Below are positions 46,791 to 60,880 of a stretch of 64,000 nucleotides of DNA, piece by piece (the first letter of the stretch is position 1; the number at the start of each line of letters is the position of its first letter). Source of the DNA: the human T2T-CHM13v2.0 reference genome, Homo sapiens. Location of the stretch: the NCBI GenBank assembly GCA_009914755.4, contig CP068257.2, forward strand, positions 5,632,001-5,696,000, given 5' to 3'. Both the position numbers and the translations under genes were made by a program. The notes beneath the pieces are model-generated. The model was given only the letters and a program-made list of their open reading frames with translations. It ran no database searches and was not told where the DNA came from.

Positions 46791-49462
46791 ACCAAGAATA
46801 TCTTTATAGCTGGTATTTGTTTGTTTAGAGCCAGATTTCATTCAAGATTCATGCATTTGGTTGTGATGTTTCTTGGTATTTTTTCTGAGACTTCTTGATA
46901 GATACCTGTCAGGCACTGATAGAGAGTTATATCCTAACCATGTTTTGGACATTTTTATCTCTGAATAATAGCTTTTGTCATTGTTTGTTGCCTGCTCACG
47001 GGAACACTCTTAATAATAGTCTTCTTGTTCAAAAAGTTTTAAAATAGTTATTCAAGAAATTCCTTTCACACATTTCTTTATTCCTTTATTAAGGACCTAA
47101 TATGCACCAGATATCATTTTTCTAGGTGATTGTAGATGAAATGGTGAAAAGGAAAGGCAAGAATGGAATTTCCTGCTAGTGGGAAGTAGAAGAGAGTATT
47201 AAAACTTTTTTCTTTCTAAGTCAAATCAGTGTCATATGCATGAGAAAGCTAGGTAGTATGATGGCATTATCAGCTTGGCTTTCTCCTTAAATGAAATAGG
47301 AAGTGCTCTGTTTTACTCAGATAGTGTTTTTTTTTCTAAAAAGCTAAAATAAGTTAAATATTTTGAAATTAATTAATTTCTGTTCTAAATTAGTCAAAAG
47401 TTATATTTGTAAAACTAGAGAAGTTTGTTCCATTGCTTCTACCAAGCATCTCAGCTTATGTAGTTGGGGCAGCTAGAAATCTAATGAACAGAATGCATAT
47501 TTTAGGCTTATATAAAGTATTCTGCAACATAAGGTCAAAAATACCCCCTACCCCCTTTTTGATAAAGATAAAGCTTACTACTAATAATAAAATACAGCCA
47601 GAGGTGTGCTGGGAGTGGAGGGGGACTGAGTTAAAGAAAGTAGGAATGGGGTAAAGGCTGGGGCAAAGAGCAGACTCTCTCCCTGCAGGGGAGTATCAGG
47701 GGTCTGCAGCCAAGTTAAATGACAGCATGACTTCAGGAGGCCAGATTTGAGGGCTTTTATCTAAGATGCAGCATCGGAGTTTGGTTTAAGAGAGTAGGAA
47801 GTGATACATCTGTTACCCAAAGGACACTTCTCTTTTTAGAATAAATTACCTGCAGAGTTTAGGCCAAAGAGGTGGGCAAGGTAGATTTGGGAAACTGTTG
47901 CTTGCTAATATCACCAAACGCTTTCTTTTTATACTTGGTGGAGGCTTTAATTGGGGCAAGGACATTTTTATACAAAGATAGAGAAAACAATCACCTATGG
48001 AATTTGATTCCTTGCTCCATGCCCTCGCTAGCACCTCTCAACATGCTTGATGATATTTAAAATTTCTTCCTAGGGAAAAAACTTTTCATCCCACAATTAG
48101 AATCAGGCTTAACTTGCTTTTTGAAAAGGTAGTAGGCAATTTGTGTTAAGATCTAAATTACCAAGATTTTTATATCTTGAAACAGATTTAGATGATAGAG
48201 TGAGGTCGGTGGTGGTGGTGGTTGGTGGGAAGGGGTAGTTTTTTAGAGAGGGTATTAAGAGTTGGGGTTTTCAATGTGAGAGAGGTGAAGGTTTGAAAAT
48301 AAGTAAGAAAAGCACTAAAAGGGTGAAGTCAAGGGCCTTAGAGAGCCAGGATGATAGATTCTATTTCACAGTTTAACACAGGATCACCATAGACCAAAGC
48401 AAGTTTATAACTAAGGCAATGAAGATCATCTGTCTCCTCCCTTCCCCATTAATTGTGAACTTTAGTTTTATAAGCTCCTAAGAGGCAGAAAACAAATTGG
48501 AGACTCGTCATCTATTTGGGAGTGTATGGCATGTATTTATTGTCCTAGGTGCTGGGTTTATTTTTTTCAGCTAATGACAGTTTTCCATGCTTTATGGTAA
48601 GTGACCATAAAGTAAGTGGTAAGTGACTTACCCTTCAGGCAGTTCAGCCCAGGACAGTCAGCAGAAGACTGTTTCCAGACCCCACCTGCTAGTTACAGAT
48701 CATCCCTGATAGAGCAGAGAGGGGTGACCAGGTAGTGACTTTATAGTCACTGGAGGCAAAGCCCATTTTTGGACAGTTCATTGAGGGCTTACAGATAAAA
48801 GGTTCACAAATTATGCAGTGAGCTGGATGGAGTGTGAAGCGTATTTATGGGTCGTGCACATACATAATAGGTTTACTTTTTGAGATTTCAAAACATGTTT
48901 TAAACTTAACCTAGGATTCCCACCTGATTTAAACCTCTTATTTCTCTAATGTCAGCCAAAAATGTGAGTATGACATACAAAGAGAAATACATCAAGGACT
49001 TTTCATCCTCATAGTTTGCCAGTGATGCTGGAGAGTGTCAGAATTGGTGAGTAGCCTAATCAAACTTTCTTGCTCTGCATGCAGTGGCAGACAGTCCCTT
49101 TGCTGTTCCTTTGGGGCATGCAGACTAATAAAGTGCCACCATCATTTTATCTCTCAGTGAGCAGTAGTTTTAATGCTACTGCAGTGGTGGGAGCACTGGG
49201 CGTTGTCGTCCTCACCTGAGGACAAGCAGCTTTGTTTTGGATCATGTATCTGTTATTGTGATGGAGCCATTTATTTTTCAGGGAATGACGCCAAATGATG
49301 TTTGTCCCTTTGCTTTACATTTTTATAGCTAGGTCTTTGAAGCTGAACTGGAGGAACTTCTTAGCCAATACTGTCTTCTTAAACCAAAAGTTGACAGTTG
49401 CAGAAGACACGTTTTTTAGTGTCACGGCAACCAAGCAACATATTACCTTAAATTAAATTTAC

Positions 49463-50776
49463 AGGTTGAGCATCCCTAATCTGAAAATCTGAAATTTGAA
49501 ATGCTTCAAAATCTGAAACTTTTTGAGCACTGACATGACACCACATGTGGATTTTGATGTCCTAGTCAAAGTGCAGGTGAACAACACACAGTTTATTTGA
49601 TGTTCTCTAATGAAAAAAGACCCTCTCAGCCCCCTTCAGCTGCAGTATAACTTTTCTACACATGCTCAGATTTCCCCATGCAAGCACACACACAAAGGGT
49701 CACAGAATGGCACATGTGCAAGCTGGACAAGCCAATGGCAGGATCCCCACAGATGGGACCTAAGTGCATGACTCGTTGTGTATTTTTCTTATTCTCTGCT
49801 CTGTGGTGTTAGCATACTGAAAATGTCAATAAGGCCTGTAGATATCCCTGCGAGCAGCAATGATAAGGAAAAGTAGAAACACTTAGAACACAGAAAGTCA
49901 AGCTGTTGGAGAAATTGGACTGTAGTGTAAAGGTATAGATGACATGGTGAAAATGTGTGATAGAGATATTGAAGATATTGAAGGACTAGAGCTACCTGCA
50001 TTCATAACAGAACAAGAGGTCATGTCAGTTTATAAAATTAAAGAGAGACTTCCAAGACAAAAGCCCTTGATAATGAGGCAGATGACTCTGGAGAAACATT
50101 ATAAAAAACCATCTGGCAGAATGCCTCCTCAGCCTCAGAGGACTCACCTCCTAGTTGCTCAACTCCTGATATTTCTTCTCACCTAAAAAAAGAAAAAAAA
50201 TACAATGTACAGTAACCTTTTAATCAAAACGCAGCCTTGTAGGTGGAGCCTGAAAGCTTGCCATTGTTTATACAGCTGTTTAACAGCTGATGCAGGTATT
50301 CTGGTGATGCTACTGTGTTGCTTATTATTTTTTACTGTATTAATGGCATGTCATATTTTTACTTATGTGTGAATAATTGTGTGAAAATGATTGCTCATCA
50401 GTAGCATATAAATTCAGAGTCAGAAATGATGGTCAGTGATGTCAGACAGCCACAGATTTTCCACATGGAAGCTGAGATAGTGACACCTTTGCTTTCTGAT
50501 GGTTCCATGTACACAAACTTTGTTTCATTCACAAAATTATTTGAAATATTATATAAAATTACCTGTAGGCTATGTGTATAAGATATATGAAACATAAGTG
50601 AATTTCACATTTAGACTTGGGTCTCATCGCCAAGATATCTCACGTAGATGCAAATATTATAAAATCCAAAAAAAAATTCCGAAACCCTAAACACTTCTGG
50701 TTCCAAACATTTCAGATAAGGGATACTCAATCTGCATATATAAAATATTTATGTATCACATACATAGTATGTATAA
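49463..50776. mobile_element. Tigger-family (pogo/Tc1-like) DNA transposon, internally deleted copy with both terminal inverted repeats and TA target duplication
   Basis: Left TIR caggttgagcatccctaatctgaaaatctgaaatttgaaatgcttcaaaatctgaaactttttgagc at 49463. Right end ...ttccgaaaccctaaacacttctggttccaaacatttcagataagggatactcaatctgca at ~50776. The right end is the reverse complement of the left-TIR motif. A TA dinucleotide flanks both ends. Confidence 0.7.
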
Positions 50777-51065
50777 AATATGAATTTCCATTCCTCTACA
50801 GGTTACTATTCTGGTACATTCCCGTTATATTCTGTTTATCAGACTGCAACTAAAACTTTCATGGGTTCAGCTTTATGTTGAACAGAATTTGCAGAATTAT
50901 GAGTTGAAGCAAACCCTAGGTTGATAATGCTATGATTCTCCTAAATCACCAAAGTGCATGAAATGATTTTAAAGCTCCAGAAATACTGAAGCAACTTTGT
51001 GATAAAAATTATTAGTGGATGCACAAGGAGTCTATAATGTCTTGGTTTTGCTATTGCTTACTAAG

Positions 51066-51359
<294 letters not shown>

Positions 51360-51834
51360 TAAATTATATCTGAAAATCTCTTAGCAATCCAGAATTTTAC
51401 AAGTGACTAAGTTGTGAGTTCTTACCTTTTTTAAAAAAACAGAGTAGTTTTACTCTCCTTTTCAGCACTTAAATTCTGTAATCCTTGAAGGATGGGTCTT
51501 TAGTGTAGTCATTTATTTTTGGTGTGCTAATATGCTCTGCATATAGCTTGATCGTAAGTGCAGTTTTAAGTTTTCCTGTGTCATACTGTAATGATAGGGT
51601 TGGCTCTGCAATTATTGCCCTGCAGTACTTTGCTGAAGTTATAGCACAGCAAATATTAGGATTTCTAAAACAGCTTTATTGGCAGTTTACATGCCATGTA
51701 ATTCACCCACTCGAAGTATATAGTTCAGTGGTTTTCAGTATATTCACAGATGTTGGGAACCAACACTCCAATCAATTTTAGAATTGTTTTTCCACCTCAA
51801 AAAAAAATCCTATGCCCTTTAGCTTATTTTCTTT

Positions 51835-52005
51835 CTATTTATTTATTTATTTATTTTAAGAGATGGGGTCTTGCTCAGTCGACCAGCCCAGGCTGGAGTA
51901 CAGTGGTGTAATCATAGCTTAGTGCAGCCTTGAACTCCTGGGCTCAAGCAATCCTCCCATCTCAGCCTCCCTAGTAGCTAGGAGTACAGGCATGGACCAC
52001 AACAC
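51835..52005 (-). mobile_element. Partial Alu/FRAM-like SINE fragment
   Basis: (ttta)n then gagatggggtcttgctcagtcgaccagcccaggctggagtacagtggtgtaatcatagcttagtgcagccttgaactcctgggctcaagcaatcctcccatctcagcctccctagtagctagg. Confidence 0.5.
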
Positions 52006-54385
52006 CCTGCCTCCTGTGCCGTTTAGCTTTCAATTCTGTCTCTCCACATACATCATCTGCACCCCCGCAGTTGTAGCACTGGCAATCACCAATCTTTCTG
52101 CCTCTGGATTCCCTATTGCGTGTGTTTCATATAAATGGGATTATCTATCATATGGGCTTTTGTTACTGGATTCTTTCACTTGGCATAATGCTTGCAAGGT
52201 TTGTCTATGCTGTGACATGTATCAGTACTTACTTTTTATGGCCACATGATACTCTGTTACATGGATACACTGGATTTTGTTTATGCACTTGTCAGTTGAT
52301 GGATATTTAGGACATTGTTTACCCCTTTTGGCTATTATGAATAATGCTGCTATAAACATTGGTGTATAAGTTTTTGTGTAGACATTTGTCTTCGGTGTTT
52401 ATCTAGGAGCAGAATTGCTCAGATGCATATAACTGTCTAATTGAGGAACTGCCAAACTACTTTTTGAAATGGCTGCATTATTTTTTATTCCCTCCAGCAG
52501 TGTATTAAAATTTCAGTTTCTCCACATCTTCACAAACACTTACTGTGTGACTTTTTAATTGTAGCTATTATAATGTATGTGAAATTGTATCTCCTTGTGG
52601 TTTTGATTTGTATTTTCCTATTGAAGGTAGTGTCTTTTCTCATGCTTATTGGCCATGTGTATATCTTCTTTGGGGAAATATTTGTTGAGATCTTTTGTCA
52701 TTTTTTTTTTCCTGCTAGGGATCATTTTATTTTAAAAACAATAGACTTTTTTTTAGCAGTTTTAGAAAAAATAGAGAGAAAAGTGCAGAGAGTCCACATA
52801 TGCTCCCTTACAGTGCCCCTGCCCAGTTCTCCCAACTCTTAACACCTTGCGCTACTGTGCTAAATCGATTAGATTTGATGAACTGATACTTATATCTGAA
52901 ATTCATAGTTTACTTCAGGGTTCACTCTGTGTTTTATAGATTTTTGGATTTGACAAATGTATAATGTCATGTACCCACCATTACAGTATTATGTAGAACA
53001 GTTTCATTGCCCTAAAAATCTCCTGTGCTCCACTGAGTCATTCCTCCCCCTCCTCTTCCTCCCAAACCCCCGGTCATTACTAATCTTTTTACTCTCTAAT
53101 TTTGCCTCTCCCAGAATGTCATATAATAGATCATGTAGTATGTATCCTTTTCAGACTGGCTTCTTTCACCCAGCAGTATACATTTAGGGTTCTTCTGTGC
53201 TTTTTCATGGCTTGATAGCTCATTTTTTAAATTGCAGAATAATATTCCATTTGTTTGCATGTATTGCAGTTTGTTTATCCATTCTTGAATTGTCTATCTC
53301 TAATTGGGTTGTTTTGTCTTTTTATTACAGAATTGTAATTGTTCCTTATGTACGCCAGACACAAATCCCTTGTGTTCATCAGGGTTGCAGGATACAAGAT
53401 CAATATACAAAAATCAATAGTATTTGACACACTTTAACTGAGTACTACATACTCACAATGAGCAATCAGAAAATGAAATTAAGAAAGCAACTTCATTTAT
53501 CATAGCATCAACAAGAATAAAATACTGATATATTTAAGAAGTGTAAAACTTGTACTCTGAAAACTATAGAACATTTTTGAAAGAAATGAAAGAAGATCTA
53601 AATAAATGTAAAAGTATCCCATGATCATGGACCTAAGGCTTAACATTGTTAAGAAGGCAATACTCCCTAAACTCATCTACAAATTTAACTTCATCCCTGT
53701 CAGAATCCCGGATGAGTTCTCTGTAAAATGGACAAGCTGACTCTGAAATTCATATGGAATTACAAAGGACTAGGAATAGCCAAAATAATCTTTTGAAAAT
53801 GAGAACAAAGTAGGAGAACTCATACTTACTGACTTTAAAACTTACTACAAGTCAGTGGTAATCAGGACAATATAATACTGGCAGAAGGATAGATGTATAG
53901 ACCAGTGGGATAGAATTGAGAGTCAGATATGAACCCATACATATATAACCACTGCTTTTGACAAGGGTGCCAAGATTATTCAGTGGGGAAAGAAGTTTGA
54001 GAACTGGCACAAGGACAACTAGATATGTAAACATATGCAAATCCTGGAGTAGGACCTTTACCCAACACCACATACAAAAACTATGGATGCAAAAAAAGTG
54101 GATCAAATGGATCCATTTTGAGCTAATCCACGTAAATGTAAGGACTAAAACTATAAAATCCTGAGAAGCAAACATAGGAGTAAATTGTCATGACCTTGAA
54201 TTTGGCAAAGTTTTCTTAAATATGAGACCAGCAACAAGAATAAAAATTGATGAATTGGACTTCATCAAAATTAAACATTTTTGCACTTCAAAGGACACCA
54301 TCAAGAAAGTGAAAAGACAACTCACAAGATGGAAGAAAATACTTGTAAATCATGTGTAGCACTTTTTGATGATAAACTTGAGGAA
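52000..54385 (+). mobile_element. Composite of older L1 fragments in sense orientation. Two partial copies of an L1M/L1PB 3'-region lie at ~52000-52740 and ~52870-53375, followed by an L1 ORF2 reverse-transcriptase segment at ~53375-54385.
   Basis: ...ttcatataaatgggattatctatcatatgggcttttgttactggattctttcacttggcataatg...ttgatggatatttaggacattgtttaccccttttggctattatgaataatgctgctataaacattggtg appears twice with variation. Then ...gcaggatacaagatcaatatacaaaaatcaatagtatttg...atcccatgatcatggacctaaggcttaacattgttaagaaggcaatactccctaaact (ORF2). Confidence 0.55.
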
Positions 54386-54387
54386 GA

Positions 54388-54700
54388 CTTTTTTATTTTT
54401 TATTTTTATTATACTTTAAGTTCTAGGGTACATGTGCACAATGTGCAGGTTTGTTACATATGTATACATGTGCCATGTTGGTGTGCCGCACCCACTATCT
54501 CATCATTTACATTAGGTATATCTCCTAATGCTATCCCTCCTCCCTCCCCCCACCCCACGACAGGCCCCGGTGTGTGATGTTCCCTATCCTGTGTCCGAGT
54601 GTTCTCATTGTTCAATTTCCACCTATGAGCGAGAACATGTGGTGTTTGGTTTTCTGTCCTTGCGATATTTTGCTCAGAATGATGGTTTCCATATATATAT
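54388..54700 (-). mobile_element. L1PA-type 3'-terminal fragment (antisense), 5'-truncated, abutting the preceding L1 ORF2 segment
   Basis: ttttattatactttaagttctagggtacatgtgcacaatgtgcaggtttgttacatatgtatacatgtgccatgttggtgtgccgcacccactatctcatcatttacattaggtatatctcctaatgctatccctcc...gagaacatgtggtgtttggttttctgtccttgcgatattttgctcagaatgatggtttcc is the reverse complement of the L1 3'UTR end. Confidence 0.75.
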
Positions 54701-55785
54701 ATGTCAGTTGCCAGGACTGCTGGGCAAGCCTGGGAAAGAGAGTACCTGGGGAAAGCAGCCTCCTGCTCCCCCGTGCCTTCTTTGAGCCTGATGTTCATTT
54801 GATGTGGTACTATATAATCACATCCAGTTTACCCTTTGAAATTCCTTGATTGTTCTTTTCTATTTCCTTGACACTGTCCTTTTACAGACCACATAATCTT
54901 ATCTGGAATACTACAACAGTTTTCTTTTCTCAGTGATTTTAGAATAACCTGTCAAAAACTCATCTGACTATAGTAGTACCTGCTTACAACCTTTTAATTA
55001 CTCCCCATTCCCTACCAGGCTGTGTAGCTCACTTGAGCTCTGCTAGGTGGTGAGGGAATCTGGGTCCTTTTTCTGGTATTTGAATTCAGTGCTACATAGG
55101 TTACTGGCTGGGTTGACAATCTGAAATTGTAAATCATGAGTATTCTATGTAGATAGACTGTCACGATTTACAATAAAACATTGACATGTCAAAGATCATG
55201 GTGATGTGAGGTTGGGTACTGTCTGTGAGAATTAATTGAGGAAATTAAAATTATATGGTTTTATTTACATAGAGTGTATAACAACTAGTTAAGGGATAGA
55301 TGTCTTCTTATCTGACTTTCAAGTATCTAAGAGTGGATTATTGTGCTTGTTAAAGTTCTGGGAACCATGGCTATTTTCTGAAAATACCTCAGTGATGACA
55401 AATGAATGACTACCAGCCTCTTGTAACATTAGGACTCCAGTTCATCCCTTTGCTTCATAGGTGTGTCTTTTCCTTTTGTATATATTTGCTTTAGTGTAGA
55501 AAATAGGTTTTCTTGATTAGAAATCTAAGAAGAATAAATTGAAAACTGGAGATTTTTCTATTGCTTTGGATTACCAAAATTAATGTAATTTGGCACTATA
55601 TCCCTGTGCCATTATTGTCTCTCTGGTAAGTAGATGGTAGGGTTTTGGGTGATTAAATTTTTTTCCCTATTTTGCTTATTTAATGGGCATATGTTTGTAT
55701 TAAAAAGGGGAAAATAAATAGGAATGTAGAAGATGTTAACTAATCGTGAAAGTTATTGGGAAGGGTTACCTAATTTAAAAGTTGG

Positions 55786-55940
55786 CCAGCCATGGCAGCA
55801 CTGCCTGTAGTCCCAGCTGTGGGGGAGGCTGAGGCAAGAGGATGGCTTGAGTTCAGGGGATAGAGGTTACAGTGAGCTATGATTGTGCCACTGCATTTCA
55901 GCCTGAGGGACAGAGCCAGACCCTGTCTCAGAAAAACCTA
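55786..55940 (+). mobile_element. Alu right-arm fragment
   Basis: ggccagccatggcagcactgcctgtagtcccagctgtgggggaggctgaggcaagaggatggcttgagttcaggggatagaggttacagtgagctatgattgtgccactgcatttcagcctgagggacagagccagaccctgtctcagaaaaa. Confidence 0.6.
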
Positions 55941-58900
55941 GAACAGCAACAAACAGAGAGAGGAGCCTGGACGGATTGAGCAATATTAGTGTCCGGGAGC
56001 TGCAGTAGTGATGGCTTATGACATCAGGAATTTATTCTCTCACAGTTCTGGAGGCCACAAGTCCAAAATCAAGGTGTGGGCAGAAATGCGCTCCCTCTGC
56101 AGACTCCTGGGGAGGATGCTTGTTTCTTCCAGCTCTGCGACTGTGGTGCCTGCAGCCATTGGAACCAGCTCTGCACGGCTCAGACCTGGGTGATGAGGAC
56201 ACAGCTTTGCAGGTGGGCAGCCACATCCCCAGGGGGAGACTGTGGGCCTGTGGCAGGGTAGGGGCAACCAGTGCAGGGGCTCCCCATTGTTGCCCCTGAG
56301 CTCCTGGGGCTTGTGGAGAAAGACAGGTGGATGCACACATACTGCAGCTCCCTGGATTTGAGCCTTGGTTTCCCTACCTGTGAAATGGGCACCCATGGCA
56401 GCTCAGAAGTGTCTGGGAGCATCCCCTGTGGGGGAAGGTGTGGGGGGCTGCTGGGGCACAGTCATGGGGAACCCCAGTCCCCCTCTCCATGTGCTTCCCT
56501 CAATGCTCCCTGATGCCAGCAGTCCTGCCCCCGAACAGAAAGGGGCATTCCTGTGAGTTCCTTGTGTGGGGGACTGGTCACAGAGACTCCCCAAGTGCAG
56601 GGCAGGGTGGAGGGAGGCTGAGGGGTGGTTGAATGGACAGGAGAAGAGCTCTCTCCAGTCCCTTGGGTCTGGGTGGCCTGGGGAGCATCCATTTGGGCAG
56701 GCAGCTGGTGGGGCTGGTGGCTGAGCCACTGTGGCTCGGGGACCCCAGGCCAGGACAGAGTAGGGTGGGCAGGGAGAGCAGAGTGCGAGCATATGGGGCA
56801 GGACAGGTGTCTCCTGGACAGAAAGAGCCCTGGTCACTCATGGCTGCAGCATAGCCATGGCGACAGGAAAGTGCTGCTGTACATTGTGCTCCTGGGGCTG
56901 GCTCCCAATGGACACCCAACAGCATCTCCCCCATTGTACTGTGGGATGCTGGCAGTGGTGCTGGGCACTGGGGTAAGAGCCTTGGCAAGCCCTTCTCTCC
57001 CTGGGTGTGAGACTTTGGGCTCCTGGATGCCTGGGTTTCTGTGTCCTATTTTTCCCATGGAAGATGTTTGGGGTGCTCCCAGGAAATGGGGAGGGCCCTG
57101 GGGGGTCAGGATTGTATTATTAAAGCCAGAAAGTCTGGGGTTCCATTTTTAGCACAAGGCAGGCAGCCCATGAGCCCCAGCCCAGTGGCCAGCCTGTGTG
57201 GGAGGGGAGTGGGGGTCTGAAGGAGTGAGGCTTCTGTTACTGCAGGCTCCACAGCAGCCCCCCAGGGTGGCCCGTGTGGGCTGGACAGCGGGCACTGCAC
57301 CAGGGGCTCTGGCGCCGACCTTGAGCCATGCATCTAATGCCTGTGAGAGTGATCTCTAGGAGCCACTGCACAAGGGGGCAGATGAGGGAACCCTGACATG
57401 GCACAGCCGAGGGCGACCCCAACACGGAGCGGGCAGCTGTGTCCAGGCTCCACTGGATTCCGCAGAGGACAGAACACAGCTCTGACTCCAGGGTGTGGGC
57501 TCACTGAGGGACAGGACAGGCTGGGGTTGGGAGAGGGCCATGCTGCAGCTGGGCCAGATCCCACCTGCACCCCTCAGATGGCAGGGCCTGGACGTCTCCA
57601 TCCCCACCCTGACCCGGTCAGTAACAGCCATGGGCCAGCAGCCCCCAGCAACCCCTCCCTCTGTGAACTGCCAAGGACAGGAGGTACCACAGTCTCTTCC
57701 AGGCAAGAGCTGCTGGAGCCTTCTTTATTCTTGTGCTAGAAGCCCAGGGTGGGGAGAGGAGCCTGAGAACAGCCCAGTGTGGGCATCCACCTTCCTGCCC
57801 ACTTTGGAGGTCTGAGTCACCTCCGGCCACTCTCCCAATCCCCAGGAGCCCAGAGGCTTCCTGGAGCAAGCCACACCTGATCTCCACCATGGGTAGGAGT
57901 TCAAGGCCAGGCCAACAGGGACTCCACAGAGGGGCCTGTGGGTTAGCAGCAGCTGCCAGTGTCCAGATGGCCTCAGGGGTGGGGGTTAGACAATCTGGAG
58001 GTCAGCAGGGAATTCAGCATGAGGAGACAGCCCTTAGGGTTCTGGCCCAGCAGCCCCAGGTGCTGGCTCTGCACTGAGTCATGAAGTTTGTGGGCCAGGG
58101 GCGTTGGCCTCTCTCTAGCTGAGAGTGACTTCCATCACTGCTGTCATTAGCCTCCCCTGCATCAACCTGTCCCTGGGGTGGGAGCACAGTTGGCACAGGG
58201 ACCCTCAGGCCTTAGTTTTCCCTGCTGTAAAATGCATGTGATAGGCTGTCATGAGGTCTGAAGGAGTTAAAACCTGCCATGTGCTCAGGATGACACCTAG
58301 CTCGGTGCCTCCTACCCTGGTGCCACCATCCGGCATCAGAGATGAAATACTTCTCCCAGGCCCCCTCCCCTGGCACCCCCCACACTCAGCTCTCCATCAG
58401 CCACCCCCTCCAGGGTGGGACAAGGAGGTCCTGAGCCTGATGGGGACCTGACAGGGCTGGGCAGCGCCACCTGGGCCTGGGCGATAATGGGAGCCTGAGT
58501 GTGGGGCCTGCATGGAAGGAGCCATTGTTTCTTGGGCCTCTTAGTGGCTACTTCCCTAGAGTCTGGGAGAAGTGCTGCTGTTCAAGAGGGGACAGTGCCA
58601 GCAGCTCCTTCTGAGGCTGGGGTGGGCACAGCGTGGAGGGGCCTCACCTCCACCCACCTCCCATGGAGGTTCCTGGCTCTCCTGGAGGACTCCTTGCTAC
58701 TGGGCTGAGGCACCAGGGCTGACCAGTCCCAGGATGGTGTTGGACAACCTGCATCCCCCTGCAGCAGGCAGGGAGGGCACTGCAGCCACCACCCACCCAC
58801 ACCTGACCCCTCCCTGGCCATCGTGTCTAGGGTGGCAGGGAGTGAAGCCCCCACCCAACAACCTCCCCCAGCTCAGGGGCCTTTGAGTTCACCACCATCT

Positions 58901-60626
58901 GCCTCACTGCAGGTTTCCCCTGTGCTGGGGGTGATTGCAGGGAGATGGTTCTTTGGCGTTCCCTGGGCAGGTCATTGCCTCAGCCCCTGCCTGGTGTCCT
59001 GGAGCAGCTTTGAGGAGCTACACGGACAGGACACCAACTGTCTGCAGCCCCCAGGTGAGGCTTGGCTGCTGTGTCCCACTGCCTCTGCTCCTGGCTGTCA
59101 AAGCCCCATGGTAACAGCATCCAGGGTGAATTTAAATGGCACCCCAAAGAATAAGAGTGGGCCTGGGTGTCACTGTAGTGGCTGGTGGCTTGTGACAAGT
59201 AGTGTGGCTTCCGTGGTGATGAGAAGTGACAGTTCCCCCTGAATCTGCACTGGAGAGAAGGTCCTGGAAGCTTTCAGGCCCACCCTCCAGGGTCTGGGTC
59301 TGCATCTCTGAGAGTGGCTGGGTGAGCAGAAGAATCCTGACTGCCTGGCAGTCGGGTTTGGAGCTGGGGAGGGCTGGGCCTGGTTAGCAATGAGCCTATC
59401 ACAGTGAACCAGAGCTCAAGATAAAGCGAGAGGCCTAGCCCAGACACCTCCTTCCCTGGTCCCAGCCCCTGTGCCTTGGCCTGTGCAGTGGAAGCCAGGC
59501 TCCCTCCTCCAGGAAGTCTTCCCTGCACTTCCTGCTCACACACAGCCTCTCCCAGATTTCTCCCCATCCAGGCTGAGTAGGATTCCCAAGAAGGCTCCTC
59601 CCTGAGCCAACTGCCTGCAGTCAACATTATCACCTCCCCCAGTGAATGGCAGTAGTGTTTTTCATCTTCAGCAGTGGCCTCTGGAGGGGTCCTAGCAGGT
59701 CGGGGAGAGAGGTCTGAGTTAGTCCCACGTGAAAGGCAGCCCATGCCTCTCCTCCCAGCAACCCCTAGCAGCAACTTCCACCTGGCTGACCCCACCCAGC
59801 TCACAGAGTTGCCCAGCTGGGTGTCCTTGTGGTCGATTGGGGGGAAGGGGCTGTTACCTCCCGGTCCCCTTCAGGCTGAGACAAGAGCCCTGTGGGTCTG
59901 GATCTTGCAGATGGGACCCCCACCCACATGCTCTCCAGGTGGATGCCCACCCTGGGCTGTTCTCAGGCCCCTCTCCCCACACTGGGCCCACACCCCGGAG
60001 GGAACTCCATGTACCCCTGCCGATATGCCCATCTGAGCCTCAGGGGTCCTGGGCACTGAGAGCTGGGCTGGGCTGAGCTCAGGTACACACTGTCATTGGG
60101 GACGGAGAGGGGATGCTGAAGTGGGTGCTTCTGCGTGGGGCCTGCCTGGAGGATCGCCACAGCAGGTGCACCCAGCAGCCAGACCAGCTTCTAGCAGAAT
60201 AAGCGCACTGTCACAGGGGTATGTGAGCTGAGGCTGGGGGCCTGGAGGTGCAGGGGGAGGAGTTGGGGAGATGCAGAGGCCCCAAAGATGTCCCAAGTCC
60301 CTAAGACTCTGGTGAGGGAATGGAGGAGCCAGCACTGGTGGGGAAGTGGGCAGGGGGAACTGGATGGCCTGGCTCTGAGCTGGACACACGGTCTGCACCC
60401 ACACTTGAGCTGTGCTGTGAAGGCCCAGTCCCCACCTGGGCATGTCCTGTCCTCTGAGGCACAGGGATTCCTCCCCCTCAGCTCTGACCCCTCATCTCCA
60501 ACTGTTGGGATGACGAGTCCATAGGCAGAGCCAGCCTCACAGGGGACCCAAAGGCCAGTTCAGATGGACAGCAACTGGAGGTCCCACCGGGCACACACAC
60601 ACACTGTGCAGAAAGCTAACGCACTG

Positions 60627-60632
60627 TTTATT
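60627..60632 (-). other. Putative polyadenylation signal AATAAA of the TEKT4-like transcript (~33 nt downstream of the stop codon)
   Basis: The + strand tttatt at 60627-60632 is aataaa on the minus strand, following the terminal exon. Confidence 0.4.
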
Positions 60633-60664
60633 TGGGGGATTGGGGGGAAGCACCGTGCCGCTGC

Positions 60665-60880
60665 TCACTGGTAGCCAGCCAGCTGCAGAATGGTGGGGTA
60701 GCAAGTACGATGGGCCATGCACTTCTGGCGGTCGATGAAGAGACTGTTGGTCATGGCAGTGACGTCCTTCTCCAGGCTCATGTGGATGTCCTTGAGGTTG
60801 CGCAGGGACTGCTCCGCTTGTAGAAGCTTCTCCCGCAGCGCTGTGATGGACTTGTACAGCTCCTCCACCTCACTCACCAG
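60665..60880 (-). pseudogene. TEKT4: TEKT4-like terminal coding exon (…LVSEVEELYKSITALREKLLQAEQSLRNLKDIHMSLEKDVTAMTNSLFIDRQKCMAHRTCYPTILQLAGYQ, stop TGA at 60665-60667). No in-frame AG acceptor is evident.
   Basis: Matches ORF 60665..61039(-). The minus-strand sequence upstream reads ...acacccccaag|ctggtgagtgag. The only AG would put the exon one nucleotide out of frame with the preceding exon, which ends in phase 2. Confidence 0.7.

Noticed and set aside
55990-60600. Dense ORFs upstream (3') of the TEKT4-like copy (e.g. 59274..59804, 56625..57152) that might be additional exons or another gene
   Set aside because: The same multi-frame GC-rich pattern, with no tektin or other recognisable motifs. 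They are most likely intergenic or duplicon-internal sequence. Cryptic exons of an unannotated transcript cannot be excluded from sequence alone.
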